In this document: positions 52,167 through 61,018 of the stretch, in pieces
How positions within the stretch are numbered: the stretch's first letter is position 1
How the letters are laid out: each line of letters starts with the position of its first letter
Source: Bacteroidia bacterium
GTDB taxonomy: Bacteria; Bacteroidota; Bacteroidia; SXHM01
Assembly: GCA_022072225.1 (NCBI GenBank)
Contig: JAJVIC010000015.1
Location: 49,762 to 113,761 of the forward strand
Length of the DNA: 64,000 nucleotides
Direction of reading: 5' to 3'
Notes under the pieces: generated by a model
Told to the model about the DNA's origin: nothing
Database searches by the model: none
The model's input: only the letters and a program-made list of their open reading frames with translations
Program-made: the position numbers and the translations under genes

Positions 52167-54982
52167 TTTGGTTTTTTCTCCAGCTCAAACAATAATGAGA
52201 TATAAGCCATACGGCCAATCCGCGGTCCGCCATACACCTGAAACTGTTTGTTGTTGGTAAGGTTTGATGCGCCCACTTTCAGCGTGCAGTATATTTTTGG
52301 AATAAACTTGTTGATCTGTGCATCAACCGCATAGTAAGAAGGTACAAAACCGGTGAATTGCGGGCTGCCTGTAAAATCAAATCCCTGAACCCATTTGTAA
52401 TTGGTATTAAAGCCCCAGTGATGCGTTTTCCAACCAAACAGGTTAAGGTCAAAATCGCGGCCGCTGATACCTACATTGTATTTGTTGGCAGGAGTGTTAA
52501 AGGCAGGAATAATCGGGTCTTTTGAACTGGATGATTCATTCAGTACATTCCAGGAATAGTTACCGTTGAGCGAGAAATTTTTAGCAAAGAAAAAATTTGC
52601 GCCAATTGAAAAGCCCTGTGTGGTAACAGCCCCCTCAGCATTGGAAGCAATACGGTAGGCCTGCAGGTAGTTTATCTGATTGGTGAAAATGGTATCAAAG
52701 CGCGCAACGGCTGCCAGCTTGTAGCCGATAAAATCGGTGTAGTAGCTGAAATAATAATTCAGGTCAACATACAGGCGGTTAAACAAAGTTCCGCGATAAC
52801 CGATTTCGGCAGTTTTAACTTTTTCAGGGCGTATAGGGTCAATGTTGAAATATTCAAGCAGTGATTTATCAAGGCTGGTTGAATTAAAATACTCCTGCAG
52901 CGATGGAATGGTAATAAGCGAATCATAACCGCTTACGTTTCCGATAAGGATAGCGCGACCTACGTTATAATATAAGTATTGGTCGGCAAGGGTGGGGTTG
53001 CGGATAGCGGCAGAAAAAGAAACACGCAGGGTGTGGTTTTTATCGGGGTTCCAGATAATGGAGGCGGCAGGCGAAACCAGAAAATTGAAATTCCTGTTTT
53101 TGTCGAGACGCGCGGTAATGTTAAATTTCCATTTTTCTTCTTTTATTTTTTTCTCCAGTCCGAGGTAAATACCATACTCGTAGTTATATATTTTTATGCG
53201 GTTGCTGTCGCTGTCTAAGGTATCGCTGAAAATGGTTCCTTCAGAATTGGGAGCATACAGCCTTCCGTTGGCACCTACAATTATATCCATGAACGAGGGT
53301 TTGAATTTGTATTCGCCATGTACATGGTAAAGGGCCGATTTATCATAAAACAGCGTACCGCCTTCGCCAAACGATTTGCGCGAAGTGATGAGGTTTTTTA
53401 AACTGTCGTATGCAGCTGTTCCGGGTTCAAAATAGGCAAGTGTATTATTCAGGGTGTTGGCAGCGTTGGCATAATCTCTGGCCTGTTCGTGCCAGAGGTT
53501 AAGCGAATCCATATACATGTTCAGCACGGCATTGGCGGCAGTGGTGTCGTAAGGGAAAGTAGTAGGCGGAAAGCCGGGTAAATCCCTTACTGTTGATTTA
53601 ATGTCGCCAAGGCTGGGTGAATTCCAGAAGTTACGGTAGTCGCGGCTCCAGTCGTTGTTGCTTTTGGCTGCGTTCTGCAGCAGGTAGGCGGTAAAAACGG
53701 CATCGTAGCTTTGGCCGGCATCTTCGTTGGTAGCATAAAAGCGGAAAAAGTATTTGTCGCGTTTATTGATTTCGAGGCGGTTTTGAAAAAACAATATGTT
53801 TTTAAGGCTGTAGCGGTTGTCGCCCTGATACACAGTTGTACCGGTTCCGAAGTTGGAGGCCACAATCAGTTCCACATCTTCTTTCAGGCGGTAGTGCATG
53901 GCCAGCGAAGCTTTCAGGTTGCGGGCGTTGTAGTCCACCAGGTCTTTTTCCCAGTAGCCATCGCGGTGCCATATACCCAGCCCGGGGTAGTCGCGCTGCT
54001 GGCCTATGCTGGTGGCATTGTTGATGCCGTTGGTAAGGTTTTCGTCACCGTAGCGGTTTACGGCATCGTAGCCTCCGGGATTTTGTTTGCCCACTCGGCT
54101 GGAGGTGGAGGGGTCTTCATTGGTTGCTTCCCAGTCGTAGGCCTGCATGTAAAACAGGTTGAGCTTGTAGGCAAATTTGTCTTCACCTTTTTTGTTTTTG
54201 AATACCTGTGCATAGCGCACCGCTGTTTCCAGTAATCCGCGCTCGCCTGCTTTAAACTGTACCGCAAGGCCGGGTTTTATAAAGGGGTTTTTGGTGGTCA
54301 TACTCAGCACCCCGTTAAAGGCGTTGGGACCATAAAAGGCCGAGCTGGCTCCCTGTATAATATCTACTTTCAATACGTCAAGGTCGGAGGCTCCCAGAAA
54401 GTTGCCGAGCGAAAAGTTAAGGCCCGGACTTTGGTTGTCAACCCCGTCAATGATTTGCAGGGAGCGCACAGGCGAGGTGCTGTTAAAGCCCCGCGTGTTA
54501 ATGATTTTAAACCCGATACTGGCGCTGGTAAGGTCAACGCCTTTCAGGTTTCCGAGGCCTTCGTAAAAGTTGGCGGCAGGGGTTTCTTTAATGGCTATAA
54601 CGTCCATGCTCTCCACCGTAAGCGCGCTTTCTTTCTGTTTTTCGGAAATACGTTGTTCTACCTTGGTGGCTTCTTTCAGGGCTATTTTGCTGCTGCCCAA
54701 ACTGATGTTAAGCGGTGTAGCGGCCGACTGCAATACTTTTTCCTGGGTATCGTACCCGATGAAGGAAATGACCAGGGTGTAGGGTGCTTTCTGGTCTTTG
54801 GGGTTAAACGAAAACTTGCCGTCAAAATCGGTTACGGCTCCTATGCTGGTGCCTTTTATAACTACGCTGGCACCTATCAGTGATTCGCCTGTGGTTTCGT
54901 CTTTTATGGTTCCGGTTATGTTCTGGGCTATAAGCTGAACAGCAGCTATACTTAACAGGGCTAATAAACTCAGTCGCTTCAT
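52163..54982 (-). CDS. TonB-dependent receptor with an N-terminal CarboxypepD_reg-like domain
   Basis: Signal peptide MKRLSLLALLSIAAVQLIAQ, then ITGTIKDETTGESLIGASVVIKGTSIGAVTDFDGKFSF, a plug domain, and a long beta-barrel region. The start is set at the internal Met. Confidence 0.85.
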   Translation of the reverse strand: MKRLSLLALLSIAAVQLIAQNITGTIKDETTGESLIGASVVIKGTSIGAVTDFDGKFSFNPKDQKAPYTLVISFIGYDTQEKVLQSAATPLNISLGSSKIALKEATKVEQRISEKQKESALTVESMDVIAIKETPAANFYEGLGNLKGVDLTSASIGFKIINTRGFNSTSPVRSLQIIDGVDNQSPGLNFSLGNFLGASDLDVLKVDIIQGASSAFYGPNAFNGVLSMTTKNPFIKPGLAVQFKAGERGLLETAVRYAQVFKNKKGEDKFAYKLNLFYMQAYDWEATNEDPSTSSRVGKQNPGGYDAVNRYGDENLTNGINNATSIGQQRDYPGLGIWHRDGYWEKDLVDYNARNLKASLAMHYRLKEDVELIVASNFGTGTTVYQGDNRYSLKNILFFQNRLEINKRDKYFFRFYATNEDAGQSYDAVFTAYLLQNAAKSNNDWSRDYRNFWNSPSLGDIKSTVRDLPGFPPTTFPYDTTAANAVLNMYMDSLNLWHEQARDYANAANTLNNTLAYFEPGTAAYDSLKNLITSRKSFGEGGTLFYDKSALYHVHGEYKFKPSFMDIIVGANGRLYAPNSEGTIFSDTLDSDSNRIKIYNYEYGIYLGLEKKIKEEKWKFNITARLDKNRNFNFLVSPAASIIWNPDKNHTLRVSFSAAIRNPTLADQYLYYNVGRAILIGNVSGYDSLITIPSLQEYFNSTSLDKSLLEYFNIDPIRPEKVKTAEIGYRGTLFNRLYVDLNYYFSYYTDFIGYKLAAVARFDTIFTNQINYLQAYRIASNAEGAVTTQGFSIGANFFFAKNFSLNGNYSWNVLNESSSSKDPIIPAFNTPANKYNVGISGRDFDLNLFGWKTHHWGFNTNYKWVQGFDFTGSPQFTGFVPSYYAVDAQINKFIPKIYCTLKVGASNLTNNKQFQVYGGPRIGRMAYISLLFELEKKPK

Positions 54983-55127
54983 TCGGTTGGTTTTTTTCTT
55001 TGTGGATTGCAAAGAAAGGAATTTTTTGGAAAGTGGGGAGCTAAGCAAGATGGTACTAATCGTATAACCGAATTGCATAAAAAATATCCTTACACAATAT
55101 TTGGTTTTATTTTTCGTTTACTATTTA

Positions 55128-55135
55128 TAGTTTTG
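55128..55135 (+). promoter_or_regulatory. Candidate -7 box TAGTTTTG for the 55155-57665 operon
   Basis: It matches TAnnTTTG and lies 20 nt upstream of the ATG at 55155. Confidence 0.3.
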
Positions 55136-55154
55136 AATTACAAAATCATTTACT

Positions 55155-56267
55155 ATGGATTCAATCATCTATAATTTTATGGGAGACCGCTATATAAACG
55201 GTAGGTCTGAATCAATGGCCTTGCGCTCTGCTTACCTATTGGGTGACGGGGTTTGCTCTGCCGGAAACTCTTATGGTACCATTACCTATGACTCATTTTT
55301 TAAAACCATGCGCATTGAGGATAAGGTAAGGCATATTGAAAAACGCTCGCCCGATGAGTTTAAGAGTATGGGAGTATCAGCGGAACAGTTTATTCAAATG
55401 CTGAAGCTGCATAAAAAACTAAAACATCCCACCCCGCAGCAAATAATAGCGCATAAAAAAATGGTAAACGCGCTTGAAACACTCTGGAAATTGGATCATC
55501 AGGATGCGCTGAACAGAATGATGACTACCGGTCTGCCGCAATTAGCGCCACTTACTGAAACCGATGAACTTAATATGTTGGGTGCTGATAATAATAATCC
55601 CGAGCGCGATGATTTTGACAGTTTTCCCTTAAGCAAATCGCTTACCCTTGATTTTGGTGAAAATGCCAACAACGATATCTTTTTCCTTACCCTTGAATTT
55701 ATGGTTGACCTGTTTCAGCAAAAGTTGCCTGTAGACCGCAAACCGTTTTTTGTTGAACAGGTTTTTACGTTTCCTAACCTTAACGTTTTAAATGTTGACG
55801 AACTGCGAACCGTAAAGGCTAACGTAAAAAAAGAAGCCGACCCTTTTCGCCAAAAAGTGAACGAATGGATTAAAGCCTGCAACGAAAAATCACCGGAGCA
55901 AAGCCGCAACCTGTTTTATAATGAGCTGCTGCCGCTTACCAAACCCCTGAACCAAAAATTAGAGCAAGACCCTATTTTGCAGCATACCGGCAGGCTTTAT
56001 ACCCAAAAGGTAGAAGGGTATGTAGTTATGGGCGAAATGCCCCTGCTTACCGTTTGGGCATTTTTCCTTTTCAACGGGGTTATTCCCGAAGCTACCCGTA
56101 AGGTATTGGAAGAATACTCGCAAAAACCGGAATACCAAAACCGCAGAGTACCCTTTCTGGCCAATAAATTTACAGAAAATGCAAATGACCTTACTACCGA
56201 AATTACTACCCCCGAAGACAATACAACACCACCGTTGCCCACACGCAAAACATTAGACATAGATTAA
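55155..56267 (+). CDS. Hypothetical 370-aa protein, first gene of the NYN operon
   Basis: It is a long clean ORF with host-like composition and ends 21 nt upstream of the NYN gene. I recognise no signal peptide, TM segment or domain. Confidence 0.6.
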   Translation: MDSIIYNFMGDRYINGRSESMALRSAYLLGDGVCSAGNSYGTITYDSFFKTMRIEDKVRHIEKRSPDEFKSMGVSAEQFIQMLKLHKKLKHPTPQQIIAHKKMVNALETLWKLDHQDALNRMMTTGLPQLAPLTETDELNMLGADNNNPERDDFDSFPLSKSLTLDFGENANNDIFFLTLEFMVDLFQQKLPVDRKPFFVEQVFTFPNLNVLNVDELRTVKANVKKEADPFRQKVNEWIKACNEKSPEQSRNLFYNELLPLTKPLNQKLEQDPILQHTGRLYTQKVEGYVVMGEMPLLTVWAFFLFNGVIPEATRKVLEEYSQKPEYQNRRVPFLANKFTENANDLTTEITTPEDNTTPPLPTRKTLDID

Positions 56268-56288
56268 TATTCACTAAAAAACTCAGCC

Positions 56289-57665
56289 ATGAAAAACGAA
56301 TCGTATAACTATTTTCCGGTAAACCTGATTCAAAGTGAGCATTTAATTGAGTTTACAGGACTAAAAGATTTTAACCGCTTTTTGCTTACCCAGCGCATAA
56401 GCACCATTTTTGTACTTAACAACGAGCAGGGCGAAGCCGCCCATTTTGCCGTTAGCTACAAGGGCGGTTTGCTGCGTCAGGCAACCCTGGGTTTTAAAAC
56501 CATGGAAGATTATATGGAAGCGGTGCGCGACCAGTTTCCCGACTCAGAATCATTTTATACTGCTCGACAGATGGGTTACAAAACTTACAGCGACTATAAG
56601 CTGGTAAGCGAAGCCGGAATAACCAACAACGATGAGTATAAAGCCATGAAAGAAAAAGGCTTTATACAAGGCTATGACGAGTATAAACAGGCTACCGCTG
56701 CCGAAAATGCAGCCTTTGCAAACCCTTTTGAATTGTATAAACACGCAATTGAACAGCAGTTTGAAAACTTTGCCGAATATAAAACCGCCACCGCCAAAGG
56801 TTTTGACAACGGAGGCATTTACCGCACTGCCACTGCCAAAGGTTTTGACACGGCTGCCGATTTTAAAGCAGCCTCTGACTGCGGCTTCGACTCTGCATTG
56901 GATTTAAAAACCGCCCGCAAACTACAAATCCGCGACCGTGCCGATTTTCATCGCTACAACGACCTTGAGTTTTTGAAAAACACGCAGGCCACCCACGACC
57001 AGCGCCTGCTACTTACCCTGCTTAGCAAATTACCCGAAGGCAAAAAGGTTTCTATCAACAAACTGGAAGAACTGCTTGCCAAAGCCCTGCCCGAATACCG
57101 CTATGCCGATACCAATGAAATGCCCAAATGGTTTACCATCGCTTTTAACGGAAAGCAAAGCATTGTAGATTTTTTGATTAGCAATAATGCCGTAAAAAAA
57201 TACGGACACTTTGATGCCGATGGTGAATTTTTTGAAACCAAAACCATACAAAATCGCAAAGTAGTTATTGACGGCAGCAACGTAGCCCACAACTCACAAG
57301 GCAACGAAAAATCAAAAGCACGGGTTGCCAACATAATAGCCCTTACTAAAGAATTGCAAAAGCGAGGCTTTACCGACATTTCGGTTATAGCCGATGCCGC
57401 CCTGCGCCACCGCCTTGAAGACAAAGACAAACTGGGTGAATTGAAAAAATTAGTGGACTACCTGGAAGCACCTGCCGAAACACAAGCCGATATGTTTATT
57501 CTCCAATACGTAAAGATGCAGCACTGCCTGCTGGTGAGCAATGACCTTTTCCGCGATTGGAAAAATATTGACCCCTGGGTAGCACATAATATAGACTACT
57601 ACCGCATCGCCTTTCTTATTAAAGAAGATGCCGTATTGCTGCCCGATTTAGACAAAAAGGACTAA
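56289..57665 (+). CDS. Zc3h12a/Regnase-like NYN-domain ribonuclease with an N-terminal array of 14-residue repeats
   Basis: The C-terminal ~125 aa (nt 57255-57623) contain KVVIDGSNVAHN, GFTDISVIAD, QADMFILQY and LLVSNDLFRDW. These parallel the VVIDGSNVA / HTDITVFVP / YDDRFIV / VVSNDTYRD blocks of Regnase-1 as I recall them. Confidence 0.75.
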   Translation: MKNESYNYFPVNLIQSEHLIEFTGLKDFNRFLLTQRISTIFVLNNEQGEAAHFAVSYKGGLLRQATLGFKTMEDYMEAVRDQFPDSESFYTARQMGYKTYSDYKLVSEAGITNNDEYKAMKEKGFIQGYDEYKQATAAENAAFANPFELYKHAIEQQFENFAEYKTATAKGFDNGGIYRTATAKGFDTAADFKAASDCGFDSALDLKTARKLQIRDRADFHRYNDLEFLKNTQATHDQRLLLTLLSKLPEGKKVSINKLEELLAKALPEYRYADTNEMPKWFTIAFNGKQSIVDFLISNNAVKKYGHFDADGEFFETKTIQNRKVVIDGSNVAHNSQGNEKSKARVANIIALTKELQKRGFTDISVIADAALRHRLEDKDKLGELKKLVDYLEAPAETQADMFILQYVKMQHCLLVSNDLFRDWKNIDPWVAHNIDYYRIAFLIKEDAVLLPDLDKKD

Positions 57666-57698
57666 GTAACTTCATGCGTGATAAAAGAATAGTTTTAT

Positions 57699-58052
57699 TC
57701 ATTTTCCTGCCAGCAAATCAACCACATTTTGCAGGGTTTTAAGCTGCGCACGCAGTTCTGCATTTTCTTTTTCAAGTTCAGATCTTCGTGTGGCAGGGTT
57801 GCCCTTGGAGGCATGCATATCGGGAGGTAACCAACCCGCAAAGTCTGCAAAAAAAATATGATTCATGGCCTTGCAAAATTCCCATAAAATATAAGTTTGC
57901 ACAGAGGTATTGTTCATCAATCTTTTTACTGTTGCCCTGTTGCGGCTCATTTTACGGGCAATAACTGAATAGTTAAGGTTTTGCTGCTTCATTTCCCAAC
58001 GCAGCATGTTGCCAGTGTCTAAATTTTTAACTCTGTTTCCTTTCATTTTCAT
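57699..58052 (-). CDS. Small helix-turn-helix protein with a C-terminal coiled coil
   Basis: NYSVIARKMSRNRATVKRLMNNTS is HTH-like. The C-terminus SELEKENAELRAQLKTLQNVVDLL is leucine-zipper-like. Confidence 0.6.
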   Translation of the reverse strand: MKMKGNRVKNLDTGNMLRWEMKQQNLNYSVIARKMSRNRATVKRLMNNTSVQTYILWEFCKAMNHIFFADFAGWLPPDMHASKGNPATRRSELEKENAELRAQLKTLQNVVDLLAGK

Positions 58053-58059
58053 TTTTATT

Positions 58060-58265
58060 TGTTATAGTTTGTTGTTGTTATACCATATTTTGTTTCCTCA
58101 TTACCATGCTTTGTTGTTTTATTGCTATGTTCTGTTGTTTTATTGTTGTCTTTAGTTGTTGTTATGATATTCTCTGGTGTTTTAAAACTATATTTTGTTG
58201 TCTTTTTATAATGATTTGTTGCATTTATGCTGTATTTTGTAGGCTTTATGACACTTTTTTACTTA
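58060..58265. repeat. About 10 degenerate T/G-rich repeats with ~21-bp periodicity (approx TTATnnnnTnTTTGTTGTT) upstream of the HTH gene
   Basis: TTAT/TTAC/TTAA anchors occur at 58062, 58078, 58101, 58119, 58140, 58162, 58182, 58206, 58225 and 58246. The strand composition is strongly skewed: T and G on the plus strand. Confidence 0.6.
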
Positions 58266-58515
58266 ACCGATGGTTAAAAATCAGGTAATAGAGGTAAGTT
58301 AGTGTTGCAGTAAAAGCTAATGTAGTTTTGAAAACACCTGATTTACGACATGGACTCTAACTATTTAGTTTATGAAAGCTAAATACAATCATTCATATTA
58401 TGGTATAGTTTAGTAAAGGCTATGCTTTTATTACGGAATAGTAAAAATTGTAAAAACGCCTGTATTTATTTGTTTGCCTTTTACCTAAGTTGATAAATAT
58501 GTTTGCAATACTTAT

Positions 58516-59097
58516 TTATTTCACATTTTTCTTTCCCGAAAAGCTTAACGGCACTTTGTCTTTAGCCTCTTTTTTAAACGAGAACCCATCTAAAAACTCG
58601 TAGGGCACGGCCATACCATCGGGGTTGGGAGTGTGTACGTATAATACCACCAGGGCATTTTTATCAACCCAGCCTTTTACGGCCCATTGGGCGTGGCGCT
58701 CGTCTTCCCAGAAGTCGAGAATACCATTGGCATCGGGGTTTGAGGGGTGTTTTTGTTCGCGTATGTAGCCAATGCCGCTGGTAACATCGTATGATAATTT
58801 TAAAAGCTGCATATACGAAACCAGCAGGCTTTCGAGTGTTTCTTTTTCCGAATTCATAAAATTGGTTCCGAGTAAAACCAGTTGCATACCGTAGCGTTTA
58901 CCATTGCTCGAAACTTCCATGGTATATTCTTCCAGTTCGCTGTTGTTAAGGGTAACGTAAGGAGGTCCGGGGTCGGCAGGAAAAAGGGCCGAGTAACCGG
59001 TGTTGGCAATAGGGTAATTTTTAAATTGGGTTGTTTGGGCTGAGGTTGTAAGCGTGGCAGCAATAAAACAACAAACGAGGGGTATTGAATCTTTCAT
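58516..59097 (-). CDS. Secreted hypothetical protein
   Basis: The signal peptide is MKDSIPLVCCFIAATLTTSAQ. I recognise no domain. Confidence 0.55.
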   Translation of the reverse strand: MKDSIPLVCCFIAATLTTSAQTTQFKNYPIANTGYSALFPADPGPPYVTLNNSELEEYTMEVSSNGKRYGMQLVLLGTNFMNSEKETLESLLVSYMQLLKLSYDVTSGIGYIREQKHPSNPDANGILDFWEDERHAQWAVKGWVDKNALVVLYVHTPNPDGMAVPYEFLDGFSFKKEAKDKVPLSFSGKKNVK

Positions 59098-59173
59098 GGC
59101 GCACAAATTATCTATCTGCCTTCGTGTATGCAGTTGGTTCGGGAAGGTTTCGTTTTTTCGGTAAACGACAGGC

Positions 59174-59902
59174 TTATTGGCCTAACTCCTTTACAAACCA
59201 GAACGTAGCGTCTTTGTGCAGGCCGCCTTCCAGCAGTTCGCGCACTTTTTTAAGGGTATTGTAAGGGCCGGTGTCAATGGTTGAATTAATAAGCCATGCG
59301 GGTACCGAGCCTCCCGGGTCAATGCAGGCATAGTAGTCTACATCTACATAGCCGCCTTCAACAGGGGTAAGCGTCCAGGCGGTGCGGCCTTCGCGTATGC
59401 GTACTATGTCTTCGTTTTCGTCAAGCATTTCGGGCATGCACACCGAGTTGGTGCGTATGACCAGGGTTTTTTCGTCCTGCTTCAGTGACGAGCGGAAAAT
59501 CAGATCGCGGTTGCTTACCGGCCAGGGCAATTCGGTTTGGGTATAGTAGCATTGCGCGGTGTCGCACACTATTTTTACCACTTTTGATTCCACACAGTTA
59601 TAGGCCCAGTCTTTATAACCCGGCACATCTTTAAGCAAAGCGGTAAAAGCCGAGAGCGTAGTTTTTACCCGAACCGTGGCGCGCACTTCTTCTAATTTTT
59701 TGCCTTCGGGCAGGCGGGTATATACTTTAATTCCGTCCTGGTCTTTTTTCAGTGTCCATTCCTGTGCCTGCAAAGTAGCAGCAGTAAAAAGGAGCAGGCA
59801 GCAGCAGGCGGTCGTCCAATACTGAGCGTCACCCTGAACTTGTTTCAGGGTCTTTTTAGTGGGATGCTGAAACAAGTTCAGCATGACGTGAAACTGCTTC
59901 AT
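59174..59902 (-). CDS. START-domain (lipid-binding, Bet v1-like) protein
   Basis: WTLKKDQDGIKVYTR...VPGYKDWAYNC...LPWPVSNRDLIF...GGSVPAWLIN is a typical START pattern. The N-terminal codons are supplied by a family A palindromic element. Confidence 0.75.
   Translation of the reverse strand: MKQFHVMLNLFQHPTKKTLKQVQGDAQYWTTACCCLLLFTAATLQAQEWTLKKDQDGIKVYTRLPEGKKLEEVRATVRVKTTLSAFTALLKDVPGYKDWAYNCVESKVVKIVCDTAQCYYTQTELPWPVSNRDLIFRSSLKQDEKTLVIRTNSVCMPEMLDENEDIVRIREGRTAWTLTPVEGGYVDVDYYACIDPGGSVPAWLINSTIDTGPYNTLKKVRELLEGGLHKDATFWFVKELGQ
59828..59887. repeat. Second copy of the family A palindromic element, inside the 5' codons of the START gene
   Basis: GTCACCCTGAACTTGTTTCAGGGTCT-TTTTAGTGG-GATGCTGAAACAAGTTCAGCATGAC. 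The arms are identical to those of the copy at 46051-46109, in the same plus-strand orientation. Confidence 0.8.
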
Positions 59903-60954
59903 GCCCTCAGATAAAAATCTTCGCCCATACCGAAGAGGTTTTCAATCATCACTTTTTCGCCAGTGGTTTTTTTCAGGTAGCCGTTGAAAAAGCCGTAAGG
60001 CCCTTCGTACTTGCTGCGCAACAGCAGCAGATTAATGTTTACCGAAGTATGAATAACGGGTGTGAATTCCAGATTCACATTATCATACTCATCACTGATT
60101 TGCCATTTGCCTTTTACACCCTCGGGGCGTTTTACTTTTATCGGGGGCAGCGGATGCAGTTCGCCATCAAACCACAGGCAGTTTTCGTTGTATTTTTCCT
60201 GTTGAATCACCTGGTTATTGGTAAGGTTAAAACCAATGATTCGGTTTTCTTTGTCGCGCCCCATGCCCGTTACCCAGTCATAAACAGTAGGGTAGGGGTA
60301 ATAACCTTTGTGGTCGTCAATAATCAGTTGCGAGTTTTCGCGGTTGAAAACAAGGTGTTTATCACCAATGGTCAGAAAACCATCCATCGGCATCAGGCAT
60401 TTGTGCGAATACATTACGCGCCCTGCCGAAAAGGGATTGCACACCACCATGGGCGTATAGTTTACTACATCGTGCAGACCGTTAAAATGAGCGTTCACAT
60501 CCGGAAGGTTTTGAAAGCCTTTGATGGTTGCGGTCAGTTCCAGTTTATGGCTGCTCAGATTATGTTTTGCTTCGAGCGAAAAATTTTTGCTTTTGTACGA
60601 TGCCACCGAATTATAAAGGGTGTCGGGAACTTTTAAATCCCACGCTGGAACTTTCTTCTCGTATTTTATTTTTTTATTGTTCACAATGTCGTAAACAATA
60701 AACTGCACCAGCGAAATTTTCTTGGCGTTATAAATAGCCACCATTATAAAATGGTCTTTGCCCATCAGTTGAAAAGCCTGCCACTCGCGCAGTTGTAACG
60801 CACGCATGCTGCGCGGCAAAGGCAGTTTGTAGGGCGAGGGAAAGTCCAACAGGTTGGCTTGTTTTACGGGTGTGTTAAAACAACCAAGATGATAGTTGCC
60901 GTTTTCCACTAATTTTTCGGGAGCTGCGGTTACCGGGCGCGAGTAGATTTTCAT
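59899..60954 (-). CDS. DUF2804-like protein
   Basis: The ~350-aa size and sequence pattern (LREWQAFQL..., beta-rich) resemble DUF2804 as I remember it. Its stop overlaps the START gene's ATG (ATGA). Confidence 0.6.
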   Translation of the reverse strand: MKIYSRPVTAAPEKLVENGNYHLGCFNTPVKQANLLDFPSPYKLPLPRSMRALQLREWQAFQLMGKDHFIMVAIYNAKKISLVQFIVYDIVNNKKIKYEKKVPAWDLKVPDTLYNSVASYKSKNFSLEAKHNLSSHKLELTATIKGFQNLPDVNAHFNGLHDVVNYTPMVVCNPFSAGRVMYSHKCLMPMDGFLTIGDKHLVFNRENSQLIIDDHKGYYPYPTVYDWVTGMGRDKENRIIGFNLTNNQVIQQEKYNENCLWFDGELHPLPPIKVKRPEGVKGKWQISDEYDNVNLEFTPVIHTSVNINLLLLRSKYEGPYGFFNGYLKKTTGEKVMIENLFGMGEDFYLRA

Positions 60955-61018
60955 TCTGCAAGTTTAAGGATTTTGAAGGCTGTGTTAAGAAAATCTATAT
61001 TTACTGAAATTTTATTCC

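Noticed and set aside
54983-55078. The N-terminal 32-codon extension of the TonB-dependent receptor ORF.
   Set aside because: The internal Met at 54982 is followed directly by a canonical signal peptide. The extension has no such features.
58106-58288. A 60-aa Cys-rich hydrophobic ORF with heptad periodicity, considered as a real small-protein gene.
   Set aside because: It is most simply explained by the ~21-nt periodic T/G-rich repeat keeping one frame open. I found no convincing promoter or ribosome-binding context. It is kept only as a low-probability alternative in the finding for 57699-58290.
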